From contig JANJGN010000035.1 in the NCBI GenBank assembly GCA_026770705.1, forward strand, positions 3,844,001 through 3,908,000: DNA of 64,000 nt, read 5' to 3'. The stretch is from Isurus oxyrinchus (Eukaryota). Below the pieces are notes generated by a model, which ran no database searches, had not been told where the DNA came from, and saw nothing but the letters and a program-made list of their open reading frames with translations. Of this stretch, positions 1 to 12,686 are shown one piece after another. Position 1 is the first letter of the stretch; the number at the start of each line of letters is the position of its first letter. The translations under genes and the position numbers were made by a program.

Positions 1-1148
1 GTTGGAAGCTGTGGGAGGGAGATCCCCAGAGGAGATGAGGTCAGTGACAGTCCTGGAAACAATGGCTTGATGTTCAGTGGTGGGGTCATGGTCCAGGGAG
101 AGGTAGGAGGAAGTGTCTGCGAGTTGATGCTCAGCCTCCGTGAGGTAGAGGTCAGTGCGCCAGACAACAACAGCACCACCCTTGTCAGCAGGTTTGATGA
201 CAATGTCAGGGTTGGACCTGAGAGAATGGAGTGCAGTAAGTTCAGAGAGAGACAGGTTAGAATGGGTGAGAGGAGCAGAGAAATTGAGACGACTAATGTC
301 GCGCTGACAGTTCTCAATGAAAAGATCAAGAGAAGGTAAGAATCCAGAGGGAGGGGTCCAGGTGGAGGGAGAATATTGGAGATGGGTAAAAGGATCCGTT
401 CAACTGGGAGAGGACTCCTGCCCAAAGAAGTGAGCCCGGAGACGAAGACGGCGGAAGAAGAGTTCAGTATCATGCCGAGCCCGAAATTCATTGAGGTGAG
501 GGCGTAAGTGTATGAAACTAAGTCCTTTGCTGAGCACTGAACGTTCAGCATCGGAGAGGGGAAGGTCAGTGGGTATAGTGAATACACGGCTGGGGTTGGG
601 ATTGGAAGAAAGGGTGGGGACGGAGGGACAGGCAGGGGTGGAGGGTCCTAGATGGATGTTGGTGTCGATGAGTTGTTGGAGTTGCGTTCCTTAGCACTTG
701 AGAAAAAGAGAAAAAGTTTCTTGTTGAGGCGTCGGATGAGCCGAAGGATAAAATGAAACTGGGGGCACGCGCAGCTTTGCAAAAGGGTACGGCGGTGCTA
801 CTGGAGGGAGAGGTCGAGTGTGTTCATATGGCGGCGCATGGCACTGAGTGTGGATTTCAGAATGTGACGGGAACAGCAGTCCGAGAAACGTTTTATGTCC
901 CGGAGATACTGGTAATCCTGGGTGGGTTCGAAACATGAGGGGTGGAATTTCAGTTGAAATCCACGTGGGGTAAGTCGGAGACGGAGACAGTCACTGAGAA
1001 AGGAGATATGGCTGTGAAAGCGGGTTTTAGTAAACACCTTGTCAAACACCAGGAGGGAAATGGAAAGCAAAGAAGGTGAACAAGGCAACAGAGAGATACG
1101 GAAATCTTGTCGCAGAGAGGAACAGAACTTCTTCAAGGAGGTAGGCAT
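1..1148 (-). mobile_element. Penelope-like retroelement (Neptune-type), N-terminal part of the RT ORF; continues off the left edge
   Basis: ORF 798-1148 (MPTSLKKF...TPRGFQLKF) ends at a TAG. Reading continues after lesions as VFTIPTDLPLSDAERSVLSKGLSF...ELFFRRLRLRAHFF and IVIKPADKGGAVVVW (~165-205), the PLE DKG motif. Confidence 0.9.
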
Positions 1149-1282
1149 TTATTGAAGAGCAGTGGCAGTCAATTAAACACAGAGATAAAAACAAAAAAAC
1201 TGCGGATGCTGGAAATCCAAAACAAAAACAGAATTACCTGGAAAAACTCAGCAGGTCTGGCAGCATTGGCGGAGAAGAAAAG

Positions 1283-1321
1283 AGTTGACGTTTCGAGTCC
1301 TCATGACCCTTCGACAGAACT
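1283..1321 (-). ncRNA. Minimal type I hammerhead ribozyme motif in the PLE pLTR
   Basis: Minus strand reads AGUU-CUGUCGA-A-GGGUC-augag-GACUC-GAAA-CGUC-AACU: helix I AGUU/AACU, helix II GGGUC/GACUC, loopless palindromic helix III (ACGU), GUC cleavage triplet. Confidence 0.75.
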
Positions 1322-1365
1322 TGAGTTCGAGTCCAAGAAAAAGTTGAAATATAAGCTGGTTTAAG

Positions 1366-1450
1366 GTGTGTGTGTGGTGGGCGGAGAGATAGAGAGAGAG
1401 AGAGAGAGAGGTTGGGGGAGGGTTGGGGGGTCGGGGGTTGGGGGTGTGGT
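1366..1450 (+). repeat. (GT)n/(GA)n microsatellite plus G-run tract in the PLE 3' UTR
   Basis: gtgtgtgtgtgg, then (ga)n at 1384-1409, then four G5-G6 runs. Confidence 0.8.
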
Positions 1451-2290
1451 TGTATGGACAAACAAGCAGTGATAGAAGCAGATCATCAAAAGATGTCAAC
1501 GACAATGGTACAATAGAACACATAGGTGTTAAAGTTAAAGTTGGTGATATTATCTAAACGAATGTGCTAATTAAGAATGGATGGTAGGGCACTCAAGGTA
1601 CAGCTCTAGTGGGGGTGGGGGGAGCATAAAAGATTTTAAAATATTTAAAAATAATGGAAATAGGTGGGTAAAGAAAAATCTATATAATTTATTGGTAAAA
1701 AAAAAAGAAAGGGGGAAACAGAAATGGGGTGGGGATGGGGGAGGGAGCTCACGACCTAAAGTTGTTGAATTCAATATTCAGTCCAGAAGGCTGTAAGGTG
1801 CCTAATCGGAAGATGAGGTGTTGTTCCTCCAGTTTGCGTTGGGCTTCACTGGAACAATGCAGCAAGCCAAGGACAGACATGTGGGCAAGAGAGCAGGGTG
1901 GAGTGTTAAAATGGCAAGCGACAGGGAGGTTTGGGTCATTCTTGCGGACAGACTGCAGGTGTTCTGCAAAGCGGTCGCCCAGTTTACGTTTGGTCTCTCC
2001 AATGTAGAGGAGACCACGTTGGGAGCAACGAATGCAGTAGACTAAGTTGGGGGAAATGCAAGTGAAATGCTGCTTCACTTGAAAGGAGTGTTTGGGCCCT
2101 TGGACGGTGAGGAGAGAGGAAGTGAAGGGGCAGGTGTTACATCTTTTGCGTGGGCATGGGGTGGTGCCATAGGAAGGGGTTGAGGAGTAGGGGGTGATGG
2201 AGGAGTGGACCAGGGTGTCCCGGAGGGAGCGATCCCTACAGAATGCCGATAAGGGGGGTGAAGGGAAGATGTGTTTGGTGGTGGCATCAT

Positions 2291-2568
2291 ACCTTCAAAA
2301 ACGGTTCCTCTGACATGTCCTCCTTCTTCCTTAACCGAGGTTTTCCACCCACGGTCGTTGACAGGGCCCTCAACCGTGTCCGGCCCATCTCCCGCGCATC
2401 TGCCCTCACGCCTTCTCCTCCCTCCCAGAAACATGATAGGGTCCCCCTTGTCCTCACTTATCACCCCACCAGCCTCTGCATTCAAAGGATCATCCTCCGC
2501 CATTTCTGCCACCTCCAGCATGATGCCACCACCAAATACATCTTCCGTTCACCCCCCTTATCAGCATT
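2291..2568 (+). mobile_element. Inverted PLE segment (RT thumb/linker)
   Basis: Plus frame reads DMSSFFLNRGFPPTVVDRALNRV...RVPLVLTYHP...IILRHF, opposite in orientation to the adjoining PLE. 2520-2568 is an inverted copy of 2242-2290. Confidence 0.85.
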
Positions 2569-2602
2569 ACATTACGCTTTACATTACACTGGTTCGACCT
2601 AA

Positions 2603-2700
2603 CTGTCGAAGGGTCATGAGGACTCGAAACGTCAACTCTTTTCTTCTCCGCCGATGCTGCCAGACCTGCTGAGTTTTTCCAGGTAATTCTGTTTTTGTTT
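2603..2700 (+). mobile_element. Inverted terminal pLTR fragment with hammerhead core
   Basis: ctgtcgaagggtcatgaggactcgaaacgtcaac...gtaattctgtttttgttt is the reverse complement of ~1220-1317. Confidence 0.9.
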
Positions 2701-3341
2701 CTACAGGATATTTCACTGCTCTCTTGATCTCTGTTCTGAACTTGGACTAGGCCGTCGCACAAATAAACATATTTGTGCAGCAATTTATATTCCGCAGCAT
2801 AAAGACGTTAAATGGGCGATTGTTTCAGCACTCCAGTTGTGGTCTCAGCCAATCATTTTACAGTTGTAGCAAGGTCTCATTCTTGTTTATCATTAAAAAC
2901 CATTTAAATGTCAACCAGCCCAAATTAGTGAAATAGCTGGGATTTCTAACGCAGAGCCGGTGCACATTTCTAACTATCCATCTAGGATTATATATAAAAT
3001 AGGAGGGCACATTTTTTAAACAGAGAAGAAAGCAGGTTGTTGCCAGGACCACAGCCGCAGTTCTTACTGTGCAATATTTAGTCCTCAGCTTCTGAAAACA
3101 AATGGCCACAAATCGATCAAAGGGGAAAGTGAAGCTGAACCAAACAGAACTGTCTCTGGCTGCACTTCTCAGGACAGTGTTAACATGACACGCAGGTGTG
3201 AGTCTAGGAAACTTACTATTACCAACTGATATTGTTCAGTATAACTTCGGTGATTAGAACCAATGTATCTGCCACTGCCATGGCGACCAGTGGAGAGTCC
3301 GCACTTTGCCCAGGACAGGATCACAGCCGTCACTAAATTAA
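2701..3341 (-). pseudogene. GPR139-like GPCR pseudogene, copy 1, exon 2
   Basis: Acceptor cttacag|TTAATTTAGTG. Homologous to 63037-63932. Has a 17-nt deletion after GLS, stops near 3215, TM5-TM6 replaced by foreign sequence, and a C-tail cut by the PLE after KRAVKYPV. Confidence 0.93.
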
Positions 3342-4099
3342 CTGTAAGTCAGAGAGATCAGGAAATTGAGACAGGAAATTACTGGTCAAAGATTCTCGGC
3401 CTCTATGTTCAGGCTGTAAAAATTGAATTTTTATGCAACAAAAGTGGTTGGTAGCAAGTCTCAGTTTGGACATTGAAGTACTCCAACCACAACCTCAACC
3501 TGATCTTTCATTAATTTCCAGGTTTAATAGTCACGGGCAGGAGGTGATCAGGTCCATGGTCGCAGGTCTAAAGGCGAAACATTTGCAGGTAAATAGAATG
3601 TTCTCATTTAACCTGGCTTCGGGGTTGAATATTGGCTGACTGGAATTTCCGACAGCTGAACAAATACATCTTAGGAGATATCGTGAGTTGTTTCGCACCA
3701 TGATTGGGACAGGAGGAACAGCAATACCTCAACAAGGCCTCAAGTTCGCCCCTAATCTGACTGTTCCTTAGCAAATAGCCCGCTGTCATTCATTGGACTT
3801 CATCCCCTGCCCTCGATAGAATTACCCTGGGATCAGACTGATGGCCTGGTCTGTGATCGGACCAATATTGTCCTTTTGCTTCGGATTCCTCCCAAACTAA
3901 CGTAAAATCAAACCTGAAATCAACTCTACGTCATTGCAATGAAGCTATGAATTTAACAATGAACAATTTGTGAGAAGGAGGAGTTCAGAAAAATAAACAG
4001 GCTACAGAACCTTTGTTTCGTCGCGTGGTAATAAACTGTTCCAGTTTCTATATGTATAGTGAGATTCTGAAATTGCTGTCAGTATGATTTTAAAACCAA

Positions 4100-5300
4100 C
4101 ACTGCTGAAAATGCCCAGTCAGCCTAGAGGTGTCTGTGGAAAGAAAAGAAGCAGAATTAATGTTTCAGGCCGAATAACTCGTTCAGAACTGTAACACCTT
4201 CGAGATTAACTGATTGAAAGTGATAATAGTCTGGGATAAATGTTGGGTAGGTGAGTGGGAAGATAAATGGTGAGATTTGTGATGTAATGGAGGGTAAGAG
4301 TAATTCAGTGATTAAATGTCTGATAGAGCAAGGAGAATGGAGAGAGTTAAAGGAACAAAAGAGCGCTCCACAGGACATGTAAATGTTTCCATGGGAATAA
4401 AAGAACTGGGAAGAAAAATAAGAGGTTCAGGAAACTTGTGCAAAATGTTGGGAACCGCAAAGATGCAGAACATACCATGGTGCATTTATTTACCGGGATC
4501 CCCATCCCAGGGGCCAACGCGAAACTCCTTCCCTACTCACCTCCCAATGGCTTTTCTTTATCTAGCCCCCATGAGATCATTTTAGATTATTGGACCAGTG
4601 ATTGCCAACTGAAGTTTCTTGTTAACCTACTTGTTTCCAGCAGCAAATAAATTACGTTAGTAATAAATATTCAAATGGAACAATATAGGATGGTGAGATA
4701 AAGGGGCCAGATAGAAGCTGGACATCGAAGTGAACTGTAATGCTACCAGAAGCTTAAATTTCTGCTTGCAGACTTAAAGGAAGTTTTCAGCAAATAAATC
4801 ACTCGATCTACATTTAGCAATCTCCAATGTGCGGGAAACTGCATTGTTGGCGTTGAATACATGTAATAATTTGGAACGAGTAGATGGAAATTCCCGTTTC
4901 ATCGAAATGTTATTTCTGGCATACAAAACGCAGGTGAAATGGATATCTTTCATCTCCAAGACTTGCACATGTCTGTTCCTGAAAAAGAATAACCAGGATG
5001 TTGTGTTGGTGGAATCATGACCCAGTGTTCACAACAGAAAGGGCGCTAGGGGGAAAAGCATGTGTGTTTCGTGATTGTTTTAGCTCAGCATGGTAGAAAT
5101 AGTTGAAAGCAATGTGCTGAGTGTGAATCCAGTTGGACTGGAAGGTAAGACCAAGCGGATTATTTCTGGAAGGGATTATTGTGTGTGATGATAGATATGC
5201 AGGGATGAACAGGCTCGAGTCCCTGACAATCTCAGTGGAGCAGAATTTGCAGAGCATAAACAAACAGAATTCAGGAGCAGAGGAGAGGAAGGTGGCATCA
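4100..5300 (-). mobile_element. Old degenerate PLE remnant(s) with a decayed pLTR/hammerhead at ~4100-4191 (paralog 35540-36400)
   Basis: ctgctgaaaatgcccagtcagcc...ctgtggaaagaaa...aatgtttcagg matches the pLTR layout. Linker-like frame (NNPLGLTF..HIAFNYFYH) at 5015-5395. Confidence 0.5.
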
Positions 5301-7029
5301 CTGAAGCACATGCAATGGGTCAGTGAAACTGGCAGAATTGGTAAGAGGCCATGAAGAATGCCGGGTTGAAGGAAGTGCCCTGATTGGATCTGCATGTGTG
5401 TTATTGGGTTTTGGAGAGGAGAGTGGTGCTAGGACTGTTCCTGAAAAGCAGTTGGAGAAGTGGAGGAAAAGAATGATAAAATAAGTGATGGACGCTCTGA
5501 ATGCGAAAGAGGGACGGAAATTAGACGCAACACTTTTTAAGGGTGAGAACATCCGACGATTGCTAATCACAGTCGGATTAATAATCTGCTCCTTTTCACT
5601 TAGTTTATACGGGATTTGCGACTTTCTTGCCTGATCTTCCTAATCGGGCTGGATGAGAAGCGTTCAGCGGAGTGGGTTGCCAGACCCTGCAGTATGATGC
5701 AGTAGAGTTGGACAAAAGTAAGCCTAATATCTAAAGCAGTCAATTTTAAAGATCGCAGTTACTTTAAGAACTGGGGAGGAATGGTAGCTGTAAGTCAAGT
5801 TGCTAGTTTGTTCCAGTGGGGTGTCGGGTGGTAAGTGGTGGGTGTTCGGTTGGAACCATGAGTTCATGTGGTACATGGGGGGAGTGAGGTGGGGTGGGGT
5901 GCTATGGTTGGCCAGGTGGTCATTGGGGGCTTAGTGTAGAGTGAGCAGGGTAGGCTGATAGTGCAGGGGAGACAAGGGAAGGTGGCAAGTCTCGTCTAAG
6001 GGATTAGTCAGACTGTGGGGAGAAATCTGTCCGCATAGGGGGATAGTTGGGAGGAGCGAGGCATTCAGGAGCTGGGGGTTATTGAGGGTTGTGGAGGCCT
6101 AGCCTCGGGGTCCAGTGGGATTTCCGGGAGCCAATTCCATACTTGCCCAGGATTTAACAATGGTTTTAATTCTTTCCTGGCTAGCCCTTCCTCTCAGACA
6201 GTCAGAACCACCTGAAGTTTCAAATTTAAATCGGAGCACGGCATCGTTCCCATGGCATGATACTTGCCCAACAGACATTTAGAATTCCCAATGTACTTGA
6301 TGACTGACAAAAAGTAGAGGTTACGCAGAGAAATGAAATGCTGCTGAGCGGTTGAGGCAAGGAGAAGCTCCAGTGCAAATATGCGCCAAGATGTTTTAGG
6401 TTGACGGAATTTCCCTCCCTGCCATCCAAGGAGTGGGCAGCAGAAATCACCCCTCCCATTATGGCTGCCCCATAGCCATTTCACGACCATCTATGCTTTG
6501 AATGTTGGAGCTGGGCCCCGCAATCAGGAGAACATCGCACCTGAGAGAGTTGCTGGCCAAACCGATTGACCACCAGCTCCCCAATCACTGCAGCGCCAGC
6601 AGCTTCAGTTGACAGGACTGGGCTGCACGCCGCCCCCAGTGCCTCTGTCCCAGGAATCCAGGACCAGGTAAGTGTTGGGGGCCTCTTGGCGGGGACGAGA
6701 GTTGTGGCCAAATGTGATCCGCAGAGGCATTGGTTAGGAGTGCTGGTGGGGAGTCCAGATATCTGGAGGGACTACATTCTAAGGCCAGGGGTGGGGGTTG
6801 GTGTCTACGTTAAACATAGGCTGCTGATCGAGGCCCTTCACCTTCCCACCGAAGCCTCAATCTTTATATTTCTGGGCTTCCTCCCTGCACCAGAACTCCT
6901 CTCACCAGCCTGAAAATTGAGATTCAACAGGAAAATATTGGCGACAAGTGACTTTTGAATATCTCGTTGCATTTAACGTCCCCACCATCATCTCAACTGG
7001 ACTGTGAAATTACGCCTATGTTACAATGG

Positions 7030-9590
7030 CCCCGATTTCAAGGCATTGCAACAGGTTTCGGGGCAGTTCTTTACTGGACAAGACAGATGGGTTGCATTTT
7101 AGCAGGACTGGGCCAAAGATATTCACATGGAGATTTGCTAGAGCTGGTGGGAAGAGTTTAAACAAGGGAGGTAAGAGATGGGGAACTGAGATTGGAGGTA
7201 GCCAATTGGTAACATGAAGCACAATTGTAGTATGCATAATTAGAAGGCAGAGGAAGCGAAGCAGCAGTGGAACATAACACTGAATAATCATTAAAAACAC
7301 AACTTTAAAGACATTCTATCTGAATGCACACAGCATTTGGAACAGGGCAGATGACCTCAAAGCACAAATATAAGTGAAGCTGTATGATTTTATTCGAATT
7401 ATGGAAACATGGTTACAGTATGACCAGGGCTGGGAACTCACAGATATTCATCATATAGAAAGAATAGACATACAGTAAAAACAGATAGGGTAGCACTCTG
7501 AATAGGTGATAAGATCAGAACATTATTGAGAGGTAATTTTAGCTCGAAGAATTGAAATCAATTTGGCTGGAACAACGAAATTGCAGGGAAATGTAATTAA
7601 AGTGTGGCTCTCAAAATAAGCTAAAGATAGCTTTAGATCAAAGGAAGTGGCTTATCCGTGGTGTCAAAATGGGAGTTAATTCCAAGAATTAGGAGCAATT
7701 TAATTTCCAGAAAATGAGGACCAGGGAGCAGATCCTCAAGAAAGAGAAAAGAGACGATGAATGCAATATAGTGCAAAACAACAGGATGGATTTTAAAATG
7801 CTTTTAGGTCTGTGAAAAGGTAAATTTCAGCATGCAAAAATGTCCGTCCATTATAGGGGAGACTGGAAAATGCGTAATGGAGAATATGAAAATGGCGGAG
7901 GAACGAAACAATTACTCTTTGTCTGCCGTCGTGAAGGAAGATAGAGAACATTTCTCAGAGATACTGGGAACCAAGGGACTTGTAAAAATGAAGAACTGAA
8001 AATTTTAGTATTAACAAAGATATAGAACTCAAAAAATTAGTTGGATTGAAGTTTGAAATATCACTTGGACCAGATGAGCTACATCCTGAAGTGTTGAAGG
8101 AGGCGGCTGTAGAGATACTGGATGCTTTGGTGGTTAATTTCAAAATTCTATAGATTCTAGAAATGCCTCTGCAGACTGGAATATAGCGAATGTAACCTTG
8201 ATATTAAGAATGGAAGGAGGGTGAAATCAGAGAGTCCCCTTAATTTTATGCAGGGAAAATGCTAGAATCTATAATAATGGAAGTGACAATGAGGTACTTA
8301 GAAAATAATGATAGGATTGGGCTGGAACAACATGGCTTTATCGAAGGCACCTCATGTTTGACAAACCTGTTGGAAGTTTTGGAGTTGTTACCCACAGCAT
8401 AGATGAAGAAGAACCGGCGGATGCGGAGTATTTTGATTTTCGAAGGATTTTTTAAGCTCCTATATAGGATGTGAGTCAAGAAAATTAGCACACATGGGGC
8501 TGGGGGTAATATACTGGCTTGGATTGACAAATGGTTAACACAGGAAACAGAAACAGAATAATATGTGGGTCATTCTCAGGGTGGCAGGCTATTACTAATG
8601 CGAAACCAGAAGGATCTGTGCTGAGACCACAGCTCATCATAAACAGTGTAAATAATTTGGACGTGCTGATCAAAGGTATTATTTCGAAATTTGTTGATGA
8701 CACAAAACGATAAGGAATGTAAGTTGTGAAGAGGGGAAGACTCAATAGTATTTGTAGAGGTAAAGTTATTGGGCAAAAACATGGCAGAATCAATATAATG
8801 TGAATAAGTGTGAAGTTATCCAAATTGGTAGAAAAGAACAGAAATGCAGAACATTTCTTAAATGGTAAGATATCGGGAATTGTTGGCATCCAAAGGCCCC
8901 ACGTTACCCTTGTTCCTGAGTCACAAAAAGCTAGCGTGCAGGCGCAGCAAACAATCAGGAAGGCAAATGGCATGCTGGCTGTCATCGCGAGGGGCTGCAA
9001 GTAAAAATGTCTTGCTTCAGTTATGCAGATCCTTGCTGATATTGCACCTGCAGAATTGTGTACAGTTTTGATTTCCTAATCTGAGGAGGGTCATATTTGC
9101 CACAGATGGAATGCAACGGATGTTCACCATGCTAAACCCTGGGATGGTAGGATTGTTTTATGATTAGAGATTGAGCAAACTGAGCTTGTATGCTCCAGAG
9201 TTTTGGAGAAAGGGAGGTGATCTCATGGAAATTTAGAAACTACTTTCTGAGTGTGATGGGGTGAATGTGGAATGCATGTTTCTCCTGGTTAATGAGTCGA
9301 GAACCAAGAGACACTGTTTCTGAATCAGAGTGGTGCTGTTTGAGCCTGTTTTGAGTTGGGATTTCTTCACTCCGAGAGTAAGTCTTTGGCATTCTCTACC
9401 AAAGGGCGCTATGGAAAAACACTCATTCAGCTGTTCAAGATATAGATCAATAGAACTCTATATACTATTGACATCAAGGGATATGAGGATAGCGGGTAAG
9501 AAGTAGTGTAGAGGTAGATGCTTATCCATGATCTCATCGAATGGCAGAGGATGCTCCAGAAGGCGAATGGTTTCCCCCTTCTTCGATGTT
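7030..9590 (+). mobile_element. Degenerate CR1 LINE (ORF1 esterase end, APE endonuclease, RT)
   Basis: DGLHFSRTG (ORF1), FYLNAHSI (EN start), SLGPDELHPEVLKE, QHGFIEGTSCLTNLLE, ISKFVDDTK. Confidence 0.85.
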
Positions 9591-9594
9591 CCTA

Positions 9595-11050
9595 AGGTCC
9601 GATGAGAGGCTTACTAAACTGGGAATTTTTTCTCTGGAATTTAGAAGAATGAGACATGATCTCATTGAAACCTACAAAAAATTTGAAGGTGCTTGACAGA
9701 TTGTTTCCGCTCAATCCGGAGGATGAAACTTGGGGGCATAGTTTCAGGGTAGGAGGCAAATCATTTAGCACATAATGTAAGGACAGAATTCTGCTTTAAT
9801 GACTGGAAGCCCGTATCAAATGGCATACCACAGGAATCTGTGCTGAGCCCCCTAATCTTTATCAATTATATAAACAACAGAGGTGACCATGTGGGAGGTA
9901 GGATTTGTAAGTTTGTGTATGTCACAAAGATTGGTGGTGTGGTTAATAGTGAGGCTGAGTGTCTTGGGATACAGTAAGGTATGGTCAAATGGGCAGATAA
10001 CTGGCAGATGGAATTTTACGCTGAAAAGAGTGAGGCGATACACGTTAGAAGGAGTAATTTGAAAAGGAAATATTCAATGAACGACATGAGAATCGGAAGA
10101 TCTGAGGGACAAAGGGACATTGGTGTGAGTGTCCATAGATCTCTGAAGGCAGACAGGCATGTTAGTGGGGTGGTGCAAAACGTATTTGGGGCACTTGCGT
10201 TTATCAATCGAGGCATAAATTACAAAAATAGGGAGGTCGTTTTGGAGTTGTATAGGACGCTGGTGAGGCCACAGCTGGATTACTGTGTGCAGTTCTATTC
10301 ACCACATTATAGGAAGGATGTGTTTGGACTGGAGGGGGTGCAGAGGAGGTTGACCAGGATGTTGCATGGGATGAAACATTCAAGATATGAAGAGAGGTTT
10401 GATAGACTTGGGTTAATTTCTTTGGAGCAGAGAAGCCTGAGGGATGACCTGATCGAGGAGTACAAGATTATGAGGGGCATGGACAGGGTAGTGGTCAACT
10501 GTTCCCCTTAGTTGAAGGGTTAGTCACGAGGGGACGCAAGTTCAAAGTGAGGGGCGGATGATTTAAGAGAATTGTGAAGAAAACCTTTTTACCCAGAATG
10601 TGGTGGCTGTCTGGAATGTCCAGCCTGGAAGGATGGCAAAGGCAGTTTGCCTCACATCCTTTAAAATGTACCTAGAAGGGAACTTGGCACGACATAAATT
10701 TTAAAGCAAGGGCCAAGTACTGGTAAATGAGTTTAGGTAGATAGTTCAGGTGTTGCTCACATGTTGGTGCAGACTCGCTGGGCTGAACCGCTTTTTCTGC
10801 ACTGTGTGATTCTGTGATTCTGAGGAAAAACTACTTCACTCAAAGGTTTGCAAAGCTTTGGAATTCCCAACATGAGGTTTGTGGATTCTCCATCGTTTAA
10901 TACATTTAATGCTGGGATAATCAGATTCTTCATTTCTAAAGGACTTTCTGGATATCGGCGGGAACATGGACTTGAAGCCCGAAATCAGGCGGAGCAGGCT
11001 CGATGGAGCTTGTGGTCGCTCCTATTGTTATTCCTTGTGTTCATGTTTTC
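9595..11050 (+). mobile_element. Nested CR1 3' fragments (9790-10822 inserted within an older CR1 3' end)
   Basis: ORF 9981-10511 has WADNWQMEF...LYRTLVRPQLDYCVQF. A (GATTCTGT)n tail ends ~10822. The flanking pieces are contiguous CR1 3' sequence. Confidence 0.8.
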
Positions 11051-12619
11051 TCGTGTCAAATAATTTGATATGAGAAACTCGTAAGTGACAACTTCAGTTG
11101 TGGGCATTCAAAATGCAGAGTTCTTCAATGTAGGTCAGGGAGGGAATCAGGATGTACCTGTCTACTCCGAGAGTGGTGACAATGCTGACTATATTACCAG
11201 ATGAATTATTTAGAGATTACCAAGGTAGACAGGTGCATGAGGGAGATAAGAAACTAATTCTCCGCTGATCGGATTCAAAAGCAGGGAAGGAGGAACGTTT
11301 GTGCTGCAAACATCGAAGACATAACCCAATTGTGCCAAATCTTCCTTTATCTGTAAGTTCTATGAATTTTTCGGTATCTTGATTATTCATCACAGCCACC
11401 AGCTATCTCGTAATATCGGAGAAGAGGCGGACTCTTTATTTAAATGTTTATTAATATTTTTACAGCTACCAGCCTGATATCTGTACTTTGAAAGGTGGCA
11501 GGTCTTCCCTGTACTTGTGTAGAATTCTTCTCGCAGACAGACAAATCACTGAGGATAAGGGCAGAGATTTCTACCTGTTAAATGTATGGGTGCCCTCAAT
11601 CAGGATAACAATTGTTTCATCGGAACTTAAAATTATTTACAGAAGGGGAACAGTCAATGATGACAGTCTGGTCTAACTTAGTGAGAATAAAACCCGGGTG
11701 GAATTTTCATGTTCCACCAAAGTCAATGGAATTTTGCGTGGTTTGTGACATTTTACAGACCTGCCCCCTCCGCGATGGGCTGTAAATTTCTTCCGTAGCA
11801 CTTGTGACCCATATAGTGTTCGGGGCATACTGGGGGGAAGATAAATAATCAGCACTAGAAAATGTTTCCAATAACAATATTACAGAAGGAAAAATGCATT
11901 AGGCAGAGTGGTAAAATGCATAAAATGCTGTCTATCCACCTACAAGTAGTAACCTGTTTCTGTAGGTGCCGATCAACAGGAGATAAAACAACATCAATGA
12001 TTTCAACCTTTATGTTGGCAACAAGCATTTTCAAACAACAGCTAAGCCATTCATCATTGTCATTTATTGCATTGGTTAAACATGAACAGATTGGAGTGGA
12101 TAGATCAGTTCATTGAAACAATGATATCAAAGTTGAACTGGCTTGATACATTCCTATAAGTGACCCAAACGTAGCACAATTCTACAGTTCCATATGGTCT
12201 CACTAACACATCATGACTGCTGTGAGGTGTTCTGATCCATTTTGTGACCCAGACTCAACACAATTCAACAGGGACTGTGCTTTTAGTGGCCAGTGATGGT
12301 CAGTGAGCACAATTCGTAAAGTTTTACAATAAATATTATTTCAAGTAAAACCTTCAAACAGAAATTTGCCTACTCAAAGATTTAGTTCAAGAACACAAAT
12401 ATTCTATCTAAAACAGATTTATTTTCAGTTAAATCAAGCAAATTAAACCATGGAGGCACTACAGGCCATTGACTTGGGAATAATAGAAAGAAAGCATTGA
12501 TCCGTTGCCTGCATAGTGAAGATCACTACTACCCATGGCATGTAACGTCAATCACAGGGCAAAATGAAAGACCAGTGCATAGACTGATTTATACAGTTTC
12601 AATGGATATTTTCACTTAC

Positions 12620-12686
12620 CAGGAACGCCAATGACACCAATGACCATGTAGAAAACTTTAGCAACTGTCCAAATATTTTCAAGCTT
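12620..12686 (-). pseudogene. GPR139-like copy 1, exon 1 (start codon apparently ATG>AAG)
   Basis: Reads (K)LENIWTVAKVFYMVIGVIGVP-G|gtaagt. The phase-1 donor joins the exon 2 acceptor to give IGVP-V-NLVTAVILS (TM1). Intron 3342-12619. Confidence 0.88.

Larger units (their letters stand above)
1186..2290 (-). mobile_element. Upstream partial tandem PLE copy (pseudo-LTR): GIY-YIG endonuclease, 3' UTR and hammerhead-bearing terminus
   Basis: ORF 1749-2078 reads NLVYCIRC...LYIGETKRKLGDRFAEH...VACHF...LEEQHLI...PSGLN, a PLE GIY-YIG domain. It lies directly 5' of the ORF start at 1148, the standard partial-tandem PLE layout. Confidence 0.9.

Noticed and set aside
1200-1240. GTAATT...CAG mini-intron in the pLTR (minus strand)
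   Set aside because: Only ~29-38 nt between donor and acceptor, too short for a vertebrate intron; no transcript evidence.
11217-11399. 60-aa ORFs conserved in both units (also 16187/44509 and 39030/47371)
   Set aside because: Explained by recent duplication or conversion; non-ATG starts and no domain features.
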